A stretch of DNA of 64,000 nucleotides, taken from contig NMRA01000569.1 in NCBI GenBank assembly GCA_002633005.1, positions 186,001 to 250,000 on the forward strand, in the 5' to 3' direction. The position numbers and the translations under genes are program-made. This document shows, piece after piece, positions 27,210 to 42,261 of the stretch (its first letter is position 1; every line of letters starts with the position of its first letter). This DNA is from Phoronis australis. Taxonomy: Eukaryota > Animalia > Phoronida. The notes below the pieces were generated by a model. The model saw nothing but the letters and a program-made list of their open reading frames with translations, searched no databases and was not told where the DNA came from.

Positions 27210-30200
27210 TCACATCTGGGATTTAAGCAACTCCTGCTGTAACAAGACAACACGGTTCACTGCTTTATCTGTGGCCTCTTGCTGCTGGTTCAGTCGTTTA
27301 GCCATATCACTGAGCCGACTTTTGTACTGAGTCTTTAGCTGACTCATCTGCCACCTTAAATCCCTGACCATCTCTTGAAGTTCTGGTACATTGTCTGGTA
27401 GCTCATCACCCTTGTCCTCCTCATCAGACCCTGGGTCATTAGGAGACACTTCCTCCACAAGCCCTGACCTGTTAGCACGTCTCGCACCACTATTCAAGGA
27501 CTGTGACCTCCGAGGAGGAGGAATCGGCGCAGGACGCCAAGGCACTGGCTTTGGTCGGAGCATAACATTGTCATTGGGGTCACCCAGGCCTGAATCTATT
27601 GACATGACACTGTCACTGGCAGGAAGCAAGAGTGGCTGTGGCTCACTGGAAGTAGTGCTCTCTTCAGACTGGTCACTGGCATCACTCATCGTAGCCTCAT
27701 TCTGGTCATCTTTAACTTCTAACGATACCTCATTCTGGTCATCTTTAACTTCTAACGATACCTCATTCTGGTCATCTTTAACTTCTAATGATACCTCAGA
27801 AGAAAAGGAAAAATCAAGATCTTCCAGCTCCTTGACTGATGAAGGAACTCCGGGGGCAGACCCTTCGATTCCATTTTCATTGGATGCATTTGACCGATTC
27901 GAATTTAAACGAAGCAAATCTCCAGTGCGTATAGAGTTACCTGAGTAATAGTCCATTTTAAAGAGACTCTTGTGATATCTGATGAGGGCCAGAGTTAGAT
28001 GCTGTGTTAAGTTCTGTGTTCCCATCATTGACTCAGGGCTATCCTCCTCTGATCGGATGATGTTTGGGCCAAAGATTAAAGCTAAATTTTCCATTGTCAT
28101 TTTGTTAACCTCACTACTTTGGCTCACAATGTCCAGAAACTGGGACATGTAGTGTAGCAGTGTGTAGTTGTGAACTGGCATCTTTTTGCTGTTCAAAATC
28201 TCATCTAACTTTTCCAAACCTTTTTCCACATTTCCATAGCGGAAACTAGTTGCAATGCTTAGGAAATCTTCATACAAAGAAAAGGGAATAATGGGCTCGG
28301 GTAGTTTCCTTAGGTACATTTTCAACATGGACGCAGCAGTATGAATGTCGATAGTTTCTAAAGTAAACTTGGGACGTTCACCACAGTCGTATTTGTTCCG
28401 CAGTTCATTCATCAATGATTCACGTCCAGGCAATCTGAAAAATTATTTATGACACTTCATTATACACAAGTGAAAATTAATTGACTTTGATATTGAGTTT
28501 CCAAAATACAGATATTTTTTCCATTGAAAGTACAGTAATATCTCCTTCCCAAAAAATCAATTGAAGGAATAACATTTCCAAGTTTTTGAGGTGATATTTT
28601 TTAGAACAAGTAAGTTACTTAAATCTTATTCTTGTACTGGTAATTTACCCAAGAAAAAATTTCTTGAGGAGAGAGTAAATAAACTTTGGGTTTTTGAAAA
28701 TAACTATTACTGAATAGCTAACCACATCTTGGTCACAAGACAATCCCACACAAAAACGACACCCTTTTCCAAGCTATATTTGAGCTACATATTAAAACAA
28801 AGTAATGAACCTGAATATTCCAACCGTCTCCAGTCCATGTTTCTTGATGAATTCAGCACACTCCTCCACCACCTGGGGTACCCTTTGTCCGCGGTTATGG
28901 TGGATTTCATACTTCATTGTGTCTCGTAAGCTCTGCCCAAAAATACCTAATTTATATAAAATAATTCAATTAAAGTAATTATATGACCTGGAACCTCAGA
29001 GAAATGTACAACCTTTAAACACTCCAGATCTCCAACAAACAGATATAACCCATAATGTTCAACACATAACACAGAAAGCTAGAAATTTGTCAAAGGAAGG
29101 CATTCTAATTATCTGTTGCAAGAGAACTCAACTAAAACATGAAAAGGCAACAGCAGCCCCCTCTATGTTTCTGTGTCGTAAGAAATACTTGAATGTTTCA
29201 CAAATATTGATTTGACATCTTTCCATTAACCCTTTGAAGATAAATTCAGTGCAATTCAAAACATCCCAATCATATCATTTAAGTTACAGAGGTGCTAGAT
29301 GAATTACTTTGTTGTATAATTTTCCTTATCAAAGTAATAGTTTTATAACCTATATCACACCTGTGATGCCTAACTTCAGTTTGACGACCATGTGAAATAT
29401 GTCTTATTTGATGGCTATTTTCATTATTTACAAATAACATTATTGTAAAAAACTTCCCTCTAAAATGCAAAAAAAAAATGAGCCCACAAACTGAGTCCTC
29501 AATTAAGCATATTGAAACTTGGTAGAAATGGGTAAAATATAAAACAAATGATTGGAGAGAATGGCACAGCACATACGTTTCCTCAGAAAAGCACACCACT
29601 ATCTAATGTCCTGTGTCCAAATTAAAACAGTTTTATAATGAGTAAGTCACAATAAAAATGATCAGTCAAAAATGACAAAAAAGACAACTGATCAACAGCT
29701 GCTGTTATCCAGGAATTTTCTTATAAGTTAAGTTAGCCTACAGCAAGTGAGCCAACACAAAACAAAAACCAAGTATTGTTTCCTTCCAGTTTCACTTTCA
29801 CTGATCTACGTTTGACACAATTATAACAGGAATCTAACCTCCGCCCACATGTGCATACATGACACGTCGCAAAGCTGTCACCCATTCTTGCCTCTCTTCC
29901 TTAGAACTTGCCCAGATAGGATATGTGTCGTGAGATGTTGTCATCCGAGATCCATCACCTATGCAAGCACAAAAGTACGCAAATTCTTATTAATTTTTTG
30001 TTAAATATGACATTTCTGCTCCAAACTAATTGTGATTTGTTATAATCAAGATCTCAAACTAGATGCTTCTGGCTACGATCAAGGCTAGAAGTTCCCATAA
30101 ATATAAAAACAGACACAAACAGTAAGCGCAACACCAATAAATTCTGGTTAATCAATCACAGCTCCAACCATTACAAGGAGCCAAGGGTAACAGATGACCT

Positions 30201-33200
30201 CTGTGACCCTGTCTATGTTATCTACATTTAGCACCCTGTCATTACTCGTGCTGGAAGTGCAACTGAACTGTTATTATTTCATTAAACCCTGTTTCCTTGT
30301 AATGATCAAAGCTGTGATGAAGATCCGGAATCATATTGATGTTTTTTTACTGTTTGTGTCTGTGTTTAAAAGTATTGTCATTCAGACAGTTACAACATAA
30401 CCTAGATCACATTTAGAAATGTCTTACTCAAATCGTGAGTGTTACAAATATTAGTTGGGAGCTGAAATCATGTTCTTTTACACGAAACTTGCCTCAAGGA
30501 AGGAATGCTACGTCTGCCATTGTGACACAACTTGGACCCACAAACAGGAATAGAAATGCAGTCACATCACATTTTCCAAACTATTTTTTCCAAGTCAGGT
30601 AACCACAGGGGCAATTTAGCACTTGAAATTTTAACAAAATTGTGTTTGGATTAATCAGTCCAGTTATAACGACAACACCCACTGCGTGCTCACAGGGAAT
30701 TCACAAAGATTACAACTGACAAGGTCCATGGGCACATTAGGCAAATTGTACGCTAACAGGACTTGCACGAAAGTGGACGAGAAAGCGTGAACTGTTTACC
30801 CCCAGAGTATTCTTCAGCTTATCAAAGGTTTGGTGGTGCTGTCATGGATCAAAGTGAGCTAGTTGTTATTCACAAGCTTGGCTGAACATATTGGATGAGA
30901 TAATTGCAGTCGTAAACCAACACGCCTGTTAAGCGTACAAGCCAAAAAAATGAACAATAACTAATGCAAACAACCAAATTTGAAAAGTAAATACTGGAAA
31001 GTAGGAGTCTTTGACTTTTTAAAATTGGTGCATTGCATAATAAGATATATTAGTGGCTAAGCCACAAGCATTAATTTGTGAACTGATTAGGACGGGTTAG
31101 TCACAGTTTAGTAGCTTAGGTTCGCTTAACCATTAGGTAACAAAACCTCAAATGTTAGCGTAGGAGTTGTCTCATGCAGGTAATAACTTTCAAAGTGCCT
31201 GGTAATTTACAACACTATGAAAATCTGGCCTATTTATTATTACAGTTGTTTTTAACTTTGGCATTTTAATTTCATTCGACTGTGTCCAAAACGTCAAAAT
31301 GACGTCCTACTAAACAAGCTTTCTTGAACACATAATTCCCTTTGATTTTATGGCCTTAATAAAAAACACTGTGAGGCCAGACAGATCTCACGTCAGGCAT
31401 CACTTGATGTTAAAGATGACCCAGGCTCATGGCAGTAAGGATGGCACAAAAAGACAACATTACAGGTTTCACATTAAAATCACATAATGAAAAAATATAT
31501 ACAATTTACAATTGTTCGGTACTTTATCTCTCATTTGACATCTTCAGGGCAGATCCATAAAGGGTGGAGAAACATCATATAGGTAAGAACTTGATCTCCT
31601 ACACACAATGAAAATACATTGTGCCAATGAGTATTTTCCTCACTTTGTGCGAGTAACCCACATAAAGCTATGATTCTGAGCTACAGTTCACTTGAGGATG
31701 ACACCTCAGCTAGCAGCTTCTCTACACCTGCCTTTCCATATATCATATTGCGTTCTAAACTCAGGAAGCTATATCGTCCAAAAAAGTAAAGAATCGGCGT
31801 GCGTTCAGTAACGCTAGGACTTAGCTAAAATCTAGCTAAAGTCACGTGTTCTCACTTAAAATACACAGCAATATCTCATGTAAACTCGCAAAGTCTTGCT
31901 TTTTAGCGAGGTCCTAGTGTTACTGAACAGGAGGCTGGTATTGAGTGTTGAGGTTTTTGTCTTTTCAGTCTTCAAGCATTCCTAAGAACTGAGGAGACAC
32001 TAATGAAGATTCTGTGTGTCCACTCCAACAAACAAGAATTTATCAAGCGACAGAGTGTACATGACAATAATGTTAGATTGACTATCATCTGCGTGACATT
32101 TAGAATTCAAATGTTTCAACATGTTATGTCTATAACTGTTCGTCATGAGTTGTGAAGATGATTAACCTTTGAACTTTTAACACCGACTAATGTAGTCACA
32201 CAAGATAATGAGAATGGAATAACCAGCTATTGTTATCAACTAAATTCTAAATTCAAAATCTGCAGTATTTTATAATACACTGGTAAGACTGACTATCAAA
32301 TGTGAGTGTGCATACATGTTTCAACACTAGCTAGTAAGTGGTGCAAATAAAGCTTGTAAAGATTGTTAACATGTTAATGAAAGAAGGTAATGTGCAGACA
32401 GAGAAGAGGTAAATGCAAAGTGCCATTGATAAGGGTGACTTTTTCATGACCAGGCTACACCTTGTGGTCATGCAATAAGAAGATTGAGGGGTAGCTACAA
32501 ATGACCAGGCTGTGCCTTGCGGTCATTCAAGAAGTAGACTAAGGGGTAGCTGCATATGGACCAGGCTGTACTTTGTGGTCAAGCAGTAACCATCAGGCCT
32601 TCATGCAGCGTACATCCAAATGGATGCCCTAGCACTAATCTGGCTGCCCTGGCAAGGACGCCCGATATATCATTCGGATGCCCACAGTCAATCAGAATTT
32701 ATCCCTGTGGACACCCACATTGTAAGATTAGTAGGACTCCCAATTAATCTGAAAAAGAGAAGTTGGCCCTTTCAACTCGGAAAGAAACATACAGTGTATA
32801 TAAAATTTTGCAATGTTCAAACTATTTAAGTAGACCTGTCAATGGTTAGCACCCATTTGGTTGCCAGGGTGTCTCTGCTTTCAGTGGTCTTCAATCTCAC
32901 TGTAATTCAGTACTTTATACAGGGACACCAACCTTGGTTAACTCCAAACTGGTGTTTCGGAGCTGTAGTCTCACGTTTTTCATCTTTTTTTAAAAACATC
33001 AAAAGTGAAATAAATGTCATTATTTTGATAGTACGATGTGCCACAAGAATGTCCCCATTTATAATGTTTGAGTTTGCGGCCGTTTCATGCTTTTCTATGC
33101 ACGGCTTAATATGGAGCAGCAGTGATACCTGTTGCCAAAATGTAAATCACGCATCATCTGAGCATTTTTCTTGTGTTGGTAACAGCAGCTTCGATGACTC

Positions 33201-36200
33201 ATTGTACAGAATATGAAGCTAGTTAAGATATGATCAACTTTATAATAGCAATTTGACTCGAGATCAACCAAAAACAATGCACTCTTCGTTCAACCAATAT
33301 CTGTATTGTCTGTAATACCTGTTTGGTAAGCTGTTTGACTGTTCTCGTAAATATAAACATAAAAGTCTTGTTCCACACATTTTTTTTAATAAAAAAGCTC
33401 ACTACAAAGGAACTGTTTTTGTAAACTTAGAAGTAAAAGTCTTTTTCAACGCATTTTTTGTAAAAAAACCTCACTGTGTGGGGGGGGGTTACTGGTGAAT
33501 GGTGGTAGGGAGTGAGGGTAATGCGTCGTTGGAATCATGAACGGCACGCCCTGGAATATTGGGAACCCCATTTTGGACACCCTATTTTTGAAATCCTGTA
33601 TAAAGCCCTGGTAAGCATACCAAGTACATTAAAACCTAATCACCTAATTCATCTATGAATTGGAGACCAAATTCATCTATGAATTGGAGACCAGCTGATA
33701 ACCATCCCTAACTAACCAAAACCCCACTCAGAACACAGATCTCATCAAAACAATTGTTTGAAGCCCACACAGTTTAAGGATAAATTGAACAGGTCAACAT
33801 CAAGATGAAATTTAATTAAGTTTGCAGATGCAAACCTAGTTGCTGAAGTAATCAGTTAACTCCATTGGCTAAGAATATTCTTGGGCATGCTCCAGCATGC
33901 ATTGCAAACTTAGAATTTATAAAGATAAAAATTAACTCCCAGTCAATTACTGGAATGTTGCAAATAGACGAGCACAATGTTATACATCGATTTAAATCAA
34001 ATGGAAGATCAAAAACAAGAAAAACAGTTAACTTGGTTAGAATTGACAAACCCATTAGAATAAACTTTTTTAATAAGTTTGATTTTCAACCCACATTTAA
34101 CAACAGGTGATCACAAAATAACTATTTGATAGTTTGCACATTATTGAACAGATGGCTGCCCAACCCTGCCCACTTTCTCTGTGTACAATTAATCTGAGAT
34201 CTTCAACAGAAGGCCTTCACATAGGCAAATTGTATTACTTAGTAAACAAAACTTTGCAATAAGAGTAAAACTTTCACCACAGTTATTAGCAATAATCATG
34301 ATCAATTTTGGAAATTGTGGTCATTACAACAATTACAAAAAGTTTAAAAATGACAAATATGGAAACTGCAGTAACCCATGAAAATTTCCAAAGGTAGTTG
34401 TTCCACAATAGTAATGATTTTTGATAAAAATGGTGCCTTGCATAAATCTAGGGGGACACTTGGTTTTCAGACCAAGGGTCACAAACAGTCAACAAGCGAA
34501 GTGAAAGGAAATCATCGCTCATTGTTTTGTCTCCGATTTTTAAATGTAGTTCTTAACAGAATCCAAGGGCCTGGTTTTAACAACTTTGATCAAGAGGAGA
34601 ATGCTTCGCCCTGGGTATGTACAATAAAAAGGGATGACAAACATGCGTAGAAACAAGTCCTCCTTCATTATTAAAACCCCATTGACTGTACAAATAGAGA
34701 GTAGAAGTTAACCGTATTAACAGTAGCCTTACTTTTGCTTTTGAACAGATTTTATCCATAGAAACACCATGACCTATAATAATAATTCCCAACAGTCTTT
34801 TGAATTGAACGAAAAGATTCTGGTGAACAATAGAACAAAATTTTCTGCAGTCCCTTATTCGTGTAATTAATCAACAAATTTATTACGGGATTTCCACTGA
34901 AGTTAACATCCTAAGGTACATACACAGCCTAGATTCAGCCGAGGTGAAGACTTCACACAAAAGGCAAACAGTGTCTTTTGATTTAAAAAAGTCAATATCT
35001 GTTTCAGTACACTGATTTGATTTTGAATCACTGGGAAAAGTAATTTATAGCTTAAATACTGAAGTTGGAAACCGGCAAACTCACAGAAGAACCTGTCCAA
35101 AATGTCACTAAAGGGTGCTACAACATTCAAACCTGTTCAGCCATGCACTTCCCAGGAGCGACATATCTGCCAGAGTGGGTTGGCCAAAAGAGAAGTGAAG
35201 GTCAAAAACTTGAAAAAACAATGAAAATAGTCACTAAGTGGTATGCATTAAGTCAAATCCATCGGAATATGGTTAATAGAAACCTATTTGTCAAATTTCA
35301 TGAAAATCTGTTCAGGAACTCTGAAGATACAAAGGAAAACATTATTGAAAAGGGCAATCTTAAGTGATTCGGCAGACATTTGCTCAGTTCATCAATTCTT
35401 AAATTCAGACATTCCATTTTTCACTTTCTACTGCTGCCCACCATGCGGTCAGGTGGCCAGGACTTTCACATCCCCACATACCGGGTTTCCTTATTTTGGT
35501 AAGCTCATTTCTCAGGTCACATTTGGCGAGTTGACATATGCTAAGCATTCAGCCACGACAAAAATTGTGAGAGCAAGTGTGGTGACAAGTTTCACTACAA
35601 AAAGACATAAAGGGCTTAAACTTAGCTCAAAAATAATAAATTTCCAAAATGTCTCCACAGTTGATACTATACAGGTTAGAACCAAGCAAGAACGATGACG
35701 CACAGATCACACCATAATACAGCCCATCCAAGGATGGGTGTATTAAAATGTGTCCCAGCTGATGCACCCATAAAGTCAACGCAGCCTCAGGTGAACACTG
35801 TTAAAGGTGACATAAACCAGTCCTCTGATTATTAAGGAAACTAGATACTTAATTGAGGAAACTAACTATTATGAAACTGGTCTGAACTTGGATTAGGGAT
35901 TTTTGAGATTGGAGAGAAATATCAGTTGGTTAGTGCCTAAGACAATATTCAGTGCCTAAAATGATAAGGTGTGTCTTGTAAAGTTAATGAGTCTGGTCTC
36001 AAGTAATAATGAACTATAAATTCTCCCAAACCTAGAAATCCCCTTTTACAAGATGCAGCATTTGTAACTGAATTTTTAAGACAAAGTACAATAATTCTCA
36101 TATTTAACTTGCTGATTTCATTCTGCACACTCAATATCATTTGTAAAAATATAATATTTTGTCCCTCACCTTCTTTGCACGAGGATATTTGGTGTGAATT

Positions 36201-38284
36201 TCTTGTCACCCTGAATTTGCACACAATCATGCAGTTTTGAACTTGGGGGAAGTATCAACGCATAGCCGAGTTTTCAATTCTTTGTGTTAATAAGGTATAA
36301 CACTGTATAATTCCCACTTAATTCATTTATTCATACCAGATATCTCACGTTATTGTCTTCTGTTACTAAAGTACGTTTATACAACAAAAGTTGACACGAA
36401 TCAGTTGACATGGAACGAGATGATCGGGCACAAGTATTTGAGTAAACAGAACTGACACGGAGCACATTGACACCATGGTCACAACTTTTGTCACCCGTTC
36501 TTGACAAGTTGCATGCGATCCTCTTGCTCCTTGTCAACTATACATCTAAATGCAAATATGGGGCAAGGCGAAAGGGATCATCACTATTGCGCTTGCAAAA
36601 AAATGCTCATGTATAAATATAGGTGATCATTTTCGCGTAATTTCTATGATTTGCCTGTCAGCTGTTTAGTGGCTTATGTTTTAACATTAACCAGAGAATT
36701 GTCAGAATATTACATTCAGTTAACAGTCAAGACTGTGTTCAATTCAAATGCTTGGTTATGTAAGGTCTACAGATAAAAACTTTAATCAGCTTATCAAAAA
36801 ATTCATTGAAGCAAAATTCAATGTTACGAATTACATATAACAATAACAATAATGAACTGTGACTACCGCAATTCGCAGGAGCACTTCACATTCTTGCCAA
36901 CAACTTTTGCCTGTCACCGTTTCTGAGTTGCGTGTGCAAACGAATGCTTCAAACTGATCATTACCTTGTGTCATGTCAGTTGGGCCGTGTCAAAACAGGA
37001 CTTTAGAGTCATATCGTCAAAAGAGCATTTAAACACTAACGGGGAAAAGTTCTCTTGTACTAGAACAGGATAAACTAACTAAACTTTATTAATGTTCATT
37101 GGATCATGTTGGCAACATGTAAGCCCCACTTCATTCAATCTACACATAGGCAGTAGGCAATGCTTGGTTACTCCATTAAGCAGATCTGCCCCATTCACCA
37201 AGGCGTCAAATCTACCGCTTTACCAGTAATTTATGCATTTGCAACACTTGACGGCCTAACATTAGTCTGTAAATTAATCACGCCCAATTACCATTAGAGA
37301 ACAGAGATAGAACTTTCCCCTAACCCAAAACATTCCTCTCTTAGAAAGCACAGGCACTTTTCCCTAAGGTGAATGAAGAGATTTGAGGACAGCCATACGT
37401 AAGAAGGCAAATCCAATATCTGACGAACATTCACACATGAAAATGTGCTCAGACCGTGGATCTGTTTAATGATTAGCCAGCATGCAAACACTGAACAGGT
37501 AAGGAACTGGGTAAGGAACTAGGTGAAGAATAGGTTGAGTTGAGATCAATTCCATAAGGGTAAGTAGCCTAAATCAAAAGTTACTTCATCACAACTTTAT
37601 CAAAAAGTTAAGGTTGTTACAGCTTTATGGTTGGGAGGTTGTTCCACTACAACTAATTCCCTTTGCATCTACTTGAATTGTAATAATAAAAAACAAAAAA
37701 TTCTGCCAACATAAATTAAAATTCATATAAGGCCAAAAAAGCAAAGAACTTGTCTTCTGGTTGTTGCCTCATTTTCACACCTGAACTCATGAACCACACC
37801 AAAACAGAGGCCCGAATCAATTTCAGTCAAGGTCTAGTGTTTTTTTGAAAAGCTACACATGGCACGTATGCAAGAGTAAGCAAGGTTTGAAAGGCCACGA
37901 TTTGACAAGCAATGAATAAAAAACAAATCCTGCATCATTTTTGCTCCTCTGCGGTAGATTCTCTTTTTTGAAAAAAGAAGACCAGAACCAAAATGCTTTT
38001 GTGGCCTAATCATTATTTTACCACCACATACCAGCAACAATTTCAAACATGTATTTTCCAGGATCATCACGGTTGAAGGGATGTTCTTCAATCTTATTGC
38101 CTGAAAGAGGAATACATCCCAAAGACTTTGTTTCCTCTTCATCCTTGTAATAAAATAACAGATCTCCTCTTATTACAAACCAACGCCTTTGCCAGTTTTT
38201 AACAACGCCACCTTGTTTTTTCAGCCAACCAGATTTTACTGCTGGTTGAATTACTGGCGAATCATCTCTGCGTTTGGTAGTCAT
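27210..38284 (-). CDS. ARHGAP24: Rho GTPase-activating protein of the ARHGAP22/24/25 (FilGAP) family: PH + RhoGAP + C-terminal coiled coil
   Basis: Exons 38284-38032 (KSGWLKKQGGVVKNWQRRWF, PH domain), 29958-29839 (EERQEWVTALRR), 28946-28811 (IFGQSL...GIFR), 28434-27210 (LPG...LKMYLRKLPEPIIP...NKMTMENLALIFGPNI, coiled coil). Symbol is family-level. Confidence 0.9.
31806..31926. repeat. Short dispersed MITE-like repeat, second copy at ~2433-2553
   Basis: agtaacgctag...ctagtgttact inverted ends; interior aaaatacacagcaatatct...agtcttgctttttag shared between copies. Confidence 0.7.
32447..32580. repeat. ~55-bp tandem repeat, 2.5 copies, followed by a dispersed repeat shared with 12375-12470
   Basis: gaccaggct..ccttg(t/c)ggtcat units; caggccttcatgcagcgta...ccctagcactaatctgg at 32594 and 12375. 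Confidence 0.7.
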
Positions 38285-38533
38285 ATCTCTGAAACAGAAA
38301 CAATTTATTTAGAAAAAATTCTGTTAAAATGTACGTTTTTATAGCTTGGTAACAAGAGAGTCACTGCTGAACATTCTAACGCGGGTACCTCACTGGCCTA
38401 ATCTAGTAGCTGTTTAAATATGAGAATCAATGAAAGTAAATCTAAACCATGTCACTTGCCACTTAAAGTGAACTGGAAACTGTTTTTTCAATGATGCTTA
38501 TCTTTTGATAAAAGGACTTTGCTCTCCAAACAA

Positions 38534-39029
38534 CAGGGCTTGGAATAACCCATGACAAAAAAAACAGAAATTTTTTCATGCGCGCACCCAGCCTTGAAAA
38601 AAGGGGGGCTCGAAATTTTGTCGATGTGGACCTTTTGCCGACAAAACGTCAGGAATAAAAAAAGTACCACCTCCACAAGCGTGCGACTGCGTCTTTTTAG
38701 CTAGTCTGTCCACTCCCAACTCCACACATTTTTGGCAGCAGAGTCGTAGTATTTGTCACCACGATTTACAATCTCACGAGATGCCATTGAAGAAAACCAC
38801 GCTATCCCAGGTGCCCCAGCAATGATGACAATTTACATTCCTCCGAAACATAAAGAGCAACTTCTGCTTTTCAAGGTGAAAGTCATCGGCAACGCCGCGG
38901 TAAGAAAGAAATTTGCCACGTAAATTTTATATCAAATCCGATTTTTTAAGCAGAAATATAATAAAATACGCGGACAGAACATTTGAAAAAAGCGGAAATC
39001 CATGTTTCCGCGGAAAATTTCAAGCCCTG
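38534..39029 (-). mobile_element. MITE with CAGGGCTTG TIRs and 6-bp TSD, copy 2
   Basis: Inverted homolog of 21888-22394; TSD AAACAA at 38528-38533 and 39030-39035. Confidence 0.85.
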
Positions 39030-39849
39030 AAACAAGTAGTACAATTTAAGGTCTACTGCTACACAGCTTGTCTTTGTCCTCACTCAAATAAGAAGGAGTT
39101 TCAGGGCTAGGGAAGTACTGACAAATTTGCTACTGTTTGAGACCATGCTCGGTACATAAATTTATGAGGTTTGACAAACCAATTTGTTAAGCATGATCTC
39201 AAGCAAGTCAATTCTTTCCAAGCACACATTTAATGTAAGTACTAAAAAAAAGCAATTTGAGAACAAGTGGTGTAAATCTAAAATTTATAGCAGCATATAC
39301 ACTCATCTACAACTAAAAATTATGACAATAGTCAATCTGATTTCAAAACATCCTTCTTTAAATTTTGTTTTAGGGTCAAAGATACTTGGTCACAAGTCAA
39401 AAAACTTGTCAAAGAATTTCGCAAATTGCATTATTCTCTCACTTACAAAATACAACATTTCATGCTGTGATTTTCATTAACATGTTATTCATCTGCATAG
39501 AAAGTATTTATTACTTTGCTCTAGAGAAACATATACAGGATTTTAAACGTGCTAACAAATTTGCTATGAAATTTTCGAGGGCTCGTTTTTAATAAGAGTG
39601 TTGAAAACAGGTCATTTTTCAGGTTATAAATTTTGAATAAATCCAGAAACATGCTAGATTTCAAAAACTCAAATGGCAAGTCAAAATCTACCACTTGAGA
39701 CTGTTTCATGACTTTCTGGTGAAACTGGTATATTGTTTTGCTCACCCTGGACCGGACAGCCATCCTATTCAAGTATTTTGCGAATGTTGCTTGGTTCTCA
39801 AAACACAACACAGCAGTAAACAGGGATAGCTAACAAAGTTATAACTTAC

Positions 39850-40283
39850 AAACCTGCATTAACAAACTCAAAGTAACATTAAGCAATGGTTGCACTGACA
39901 TCAACCACGTTAATCAATGAAGACGAAACTAGTGAAATAATAAATCAACAGCCTGCAAGTGAGAAGTCAAGCAAACTAATTTATAAAGTCTACTTATACT
40001 TCCGTCTGATCTCATGGGGCCTCAAAACTGATGACGTCATATGTATTAATTCAACAGAAAAACTCTTTTTTTCTCTAATAATTCCAAAAATTGTTCTAAA
40101 ATATGATTTTCTTTCAAATTATGACACAAATATTTATTTTTGTGCAAATTTACAATCTTTCTTGTGTAAAGACAATGGCTTTGAGAGTATAAGCTTGTGC
40201 ACAGAAGTTGATGACGGTTTTACTTCCTGTTCTAGCCGATGACTAAACTCCTGAAACGTCAATCTTGGCTCTGAGTGAATATC
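39850..40283. promoter_or_regulatory. Putative bidirectional promoter for ARHGAP and JNK with non-coding first exons
   Basis: Outward-facing gtaagt donors at ~39849 (-) and 40284 (+); CRE palindrome TGACGTCA at 40032-40039; ETS-like ACTTCC at ~39998 and ~40222. Confidence 0.5.
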
Positions 40284-42261
40284 GTAAGTTATTTGACAAT
40301 AGTTGTAAAATTTATTCTTTGAGATACTTAGTTACATTTTGTGTTCTGTGAGATACACGAAAAGTGAATTATGTCGTTGATAGAACGAGAAATACAATAT
40401 TTATAGTTATATAAAACAGGCCGAGTGTGGACTGTGGTGGTCGTATTCTGAAGTCAAGAACAAGAATTGAAGGATTCGCCATTCCTCCGCTTGAATATTT
40501 ATTGAGCTTGTATCTTTCTGCCTCTTTCTTGATTTCAATCTTTTGTCAATTTCGTCGTTTAAGACTGCAATTTCCTTTGTTTTAATGTGCCAAACTGAAA
40601 GTTCAAAACGCACTTCAAAGGGGGATTTCCAAGTCATTATCAAAACAGTGAATCAGCGCTCTATTGATGAGGTTATGATGATTGACACATTGTAGATTTT
40701 CAAACATACAAATGTTTGGTTTGTGGTTACACGGCATTTGCCAACTATTTTTGAGATCTCAATTTTGCGGTCTAAAAACGGGCATAAACTAATTGTTTTA
40801 TCTGCTATGGTAGACTTACAATAAAGTTGTGTTTTTGCTTAAAAATCGGTTGTGAGCAAGTCAGCTGTTTTAATTCAGTGGGCCATAATATAACCACATG
40901 TTTAGAACCAGTTATCTTGTTTTCACAACAGCTGAGCTGATCGTTTCGCTGTATTATGACCCCAGTAATATTACTCACCCAACTGAATTAGCCTTATGTT
41001 GAAATTTCTAGAAAAAGCTTGGTGAATAATTGGAGTGGGCCAGTGAGCTGATAAACTTGCAGTTTATGAATGATACCAAGCTGTGCAGCCATGCAGACAT
41101 TTATATATGCAAACATTATTCAGTAGAAATTAATACTGCTATTAAATGCAATGTTGATTTGACTATATATTCACTATGACAATTTTTTGTTAAATAACAT
41201 GCTTTTCAGTGAATGAGCATTTTGGTATTAGGAAACAACCATTTAGATGTAAATTGCGGGGTGGGGTACTGCCTTAGTGGAATCTGCATTGCTTTCTTTT
41301 CTTCCATTTTCTAAAAACCAAAGTGATGTCAATGACCAGTACTCATATGTAGGTGAATAGCTGAAGAGGTCAAATTCCAGTAGCCTAGAGCTTAATTTTC
41401 AGGTTTTCATGTGCATAATTTACCTGGGTCAAATTTGGGCATAAATGTTCTGAAATTTTCAACATATATCTGGCAACATAGAGTACAAATACGGTAGTAT
41501 GCAACAATCTATAAATCGGTCACCAATGAGTTGAGACGATAGGTCAGTAATTACCTTAAGAAGTTTCATATCAGCTGACATAAAAGTTTTGGCATGTGCT
41601 TCTCCAGTGTTGCTTTTTTACTGGAATTTTCTTACAGAGCATTCCTCGGCATTGATTTTGAACAGACGTGATATTTTGACTTCAAAAATTCCAATTTTTA
41701 AAAACAGTGAAGCATCATGATATGGTCACAAGAAATTTTATGAAAAAGCCACGTATTACTTTGTATTAGCAGGAGTGTTTAAGATGTCAAAAGATTTTAA
41801 TTCTGCAGATTTTAACTAGCGTAACATGTCTACTGAAGAAGCCAAGTACATTTGAAGAAAACAACATCTATCTGAAACACTAAAATCATCTGCCTATCCA
41901 CTACCAACAGGCATTTAGGATATTTTGTGTTGTGGCGTTTTTCATGCATTAAAATTGACTGGTTTAACTTAATGTACTAGCCAAAGTGTTGTGTGCAAGG
42001 GATTTTTTGAATTGCTCAGAATAATACGAAGACTTGATTTTATTGCTAAAAATCGTTTTATCCTAACCAAATAAATTCTAGTATGACTTAGACATTAGTT
42101 CCAGAATATAAAATATTTTTTAAGATAAACTACTGTTAGCAAATTGCACTTCGCATTTCTGGTCACATCTTTTATGCTAATGAAAACCGTACATACTGAA
42201 TAGGAACAGAATCAAAAACTTTTGATCTTCTACTCAAACTCTAACTGGATAATGCATGAGT

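Noticed and set aside
27391-27948. 185-aa plus-strand ORF
   Set aside because: Antisense shadow of the ARHGAP terminal exon.
40407-40643. Charged 78-aa minus-strand ORF near the ARHGAP/JNK promoter
   Set aside because: No ATG start, no recognisable domain, no clear splice sites.
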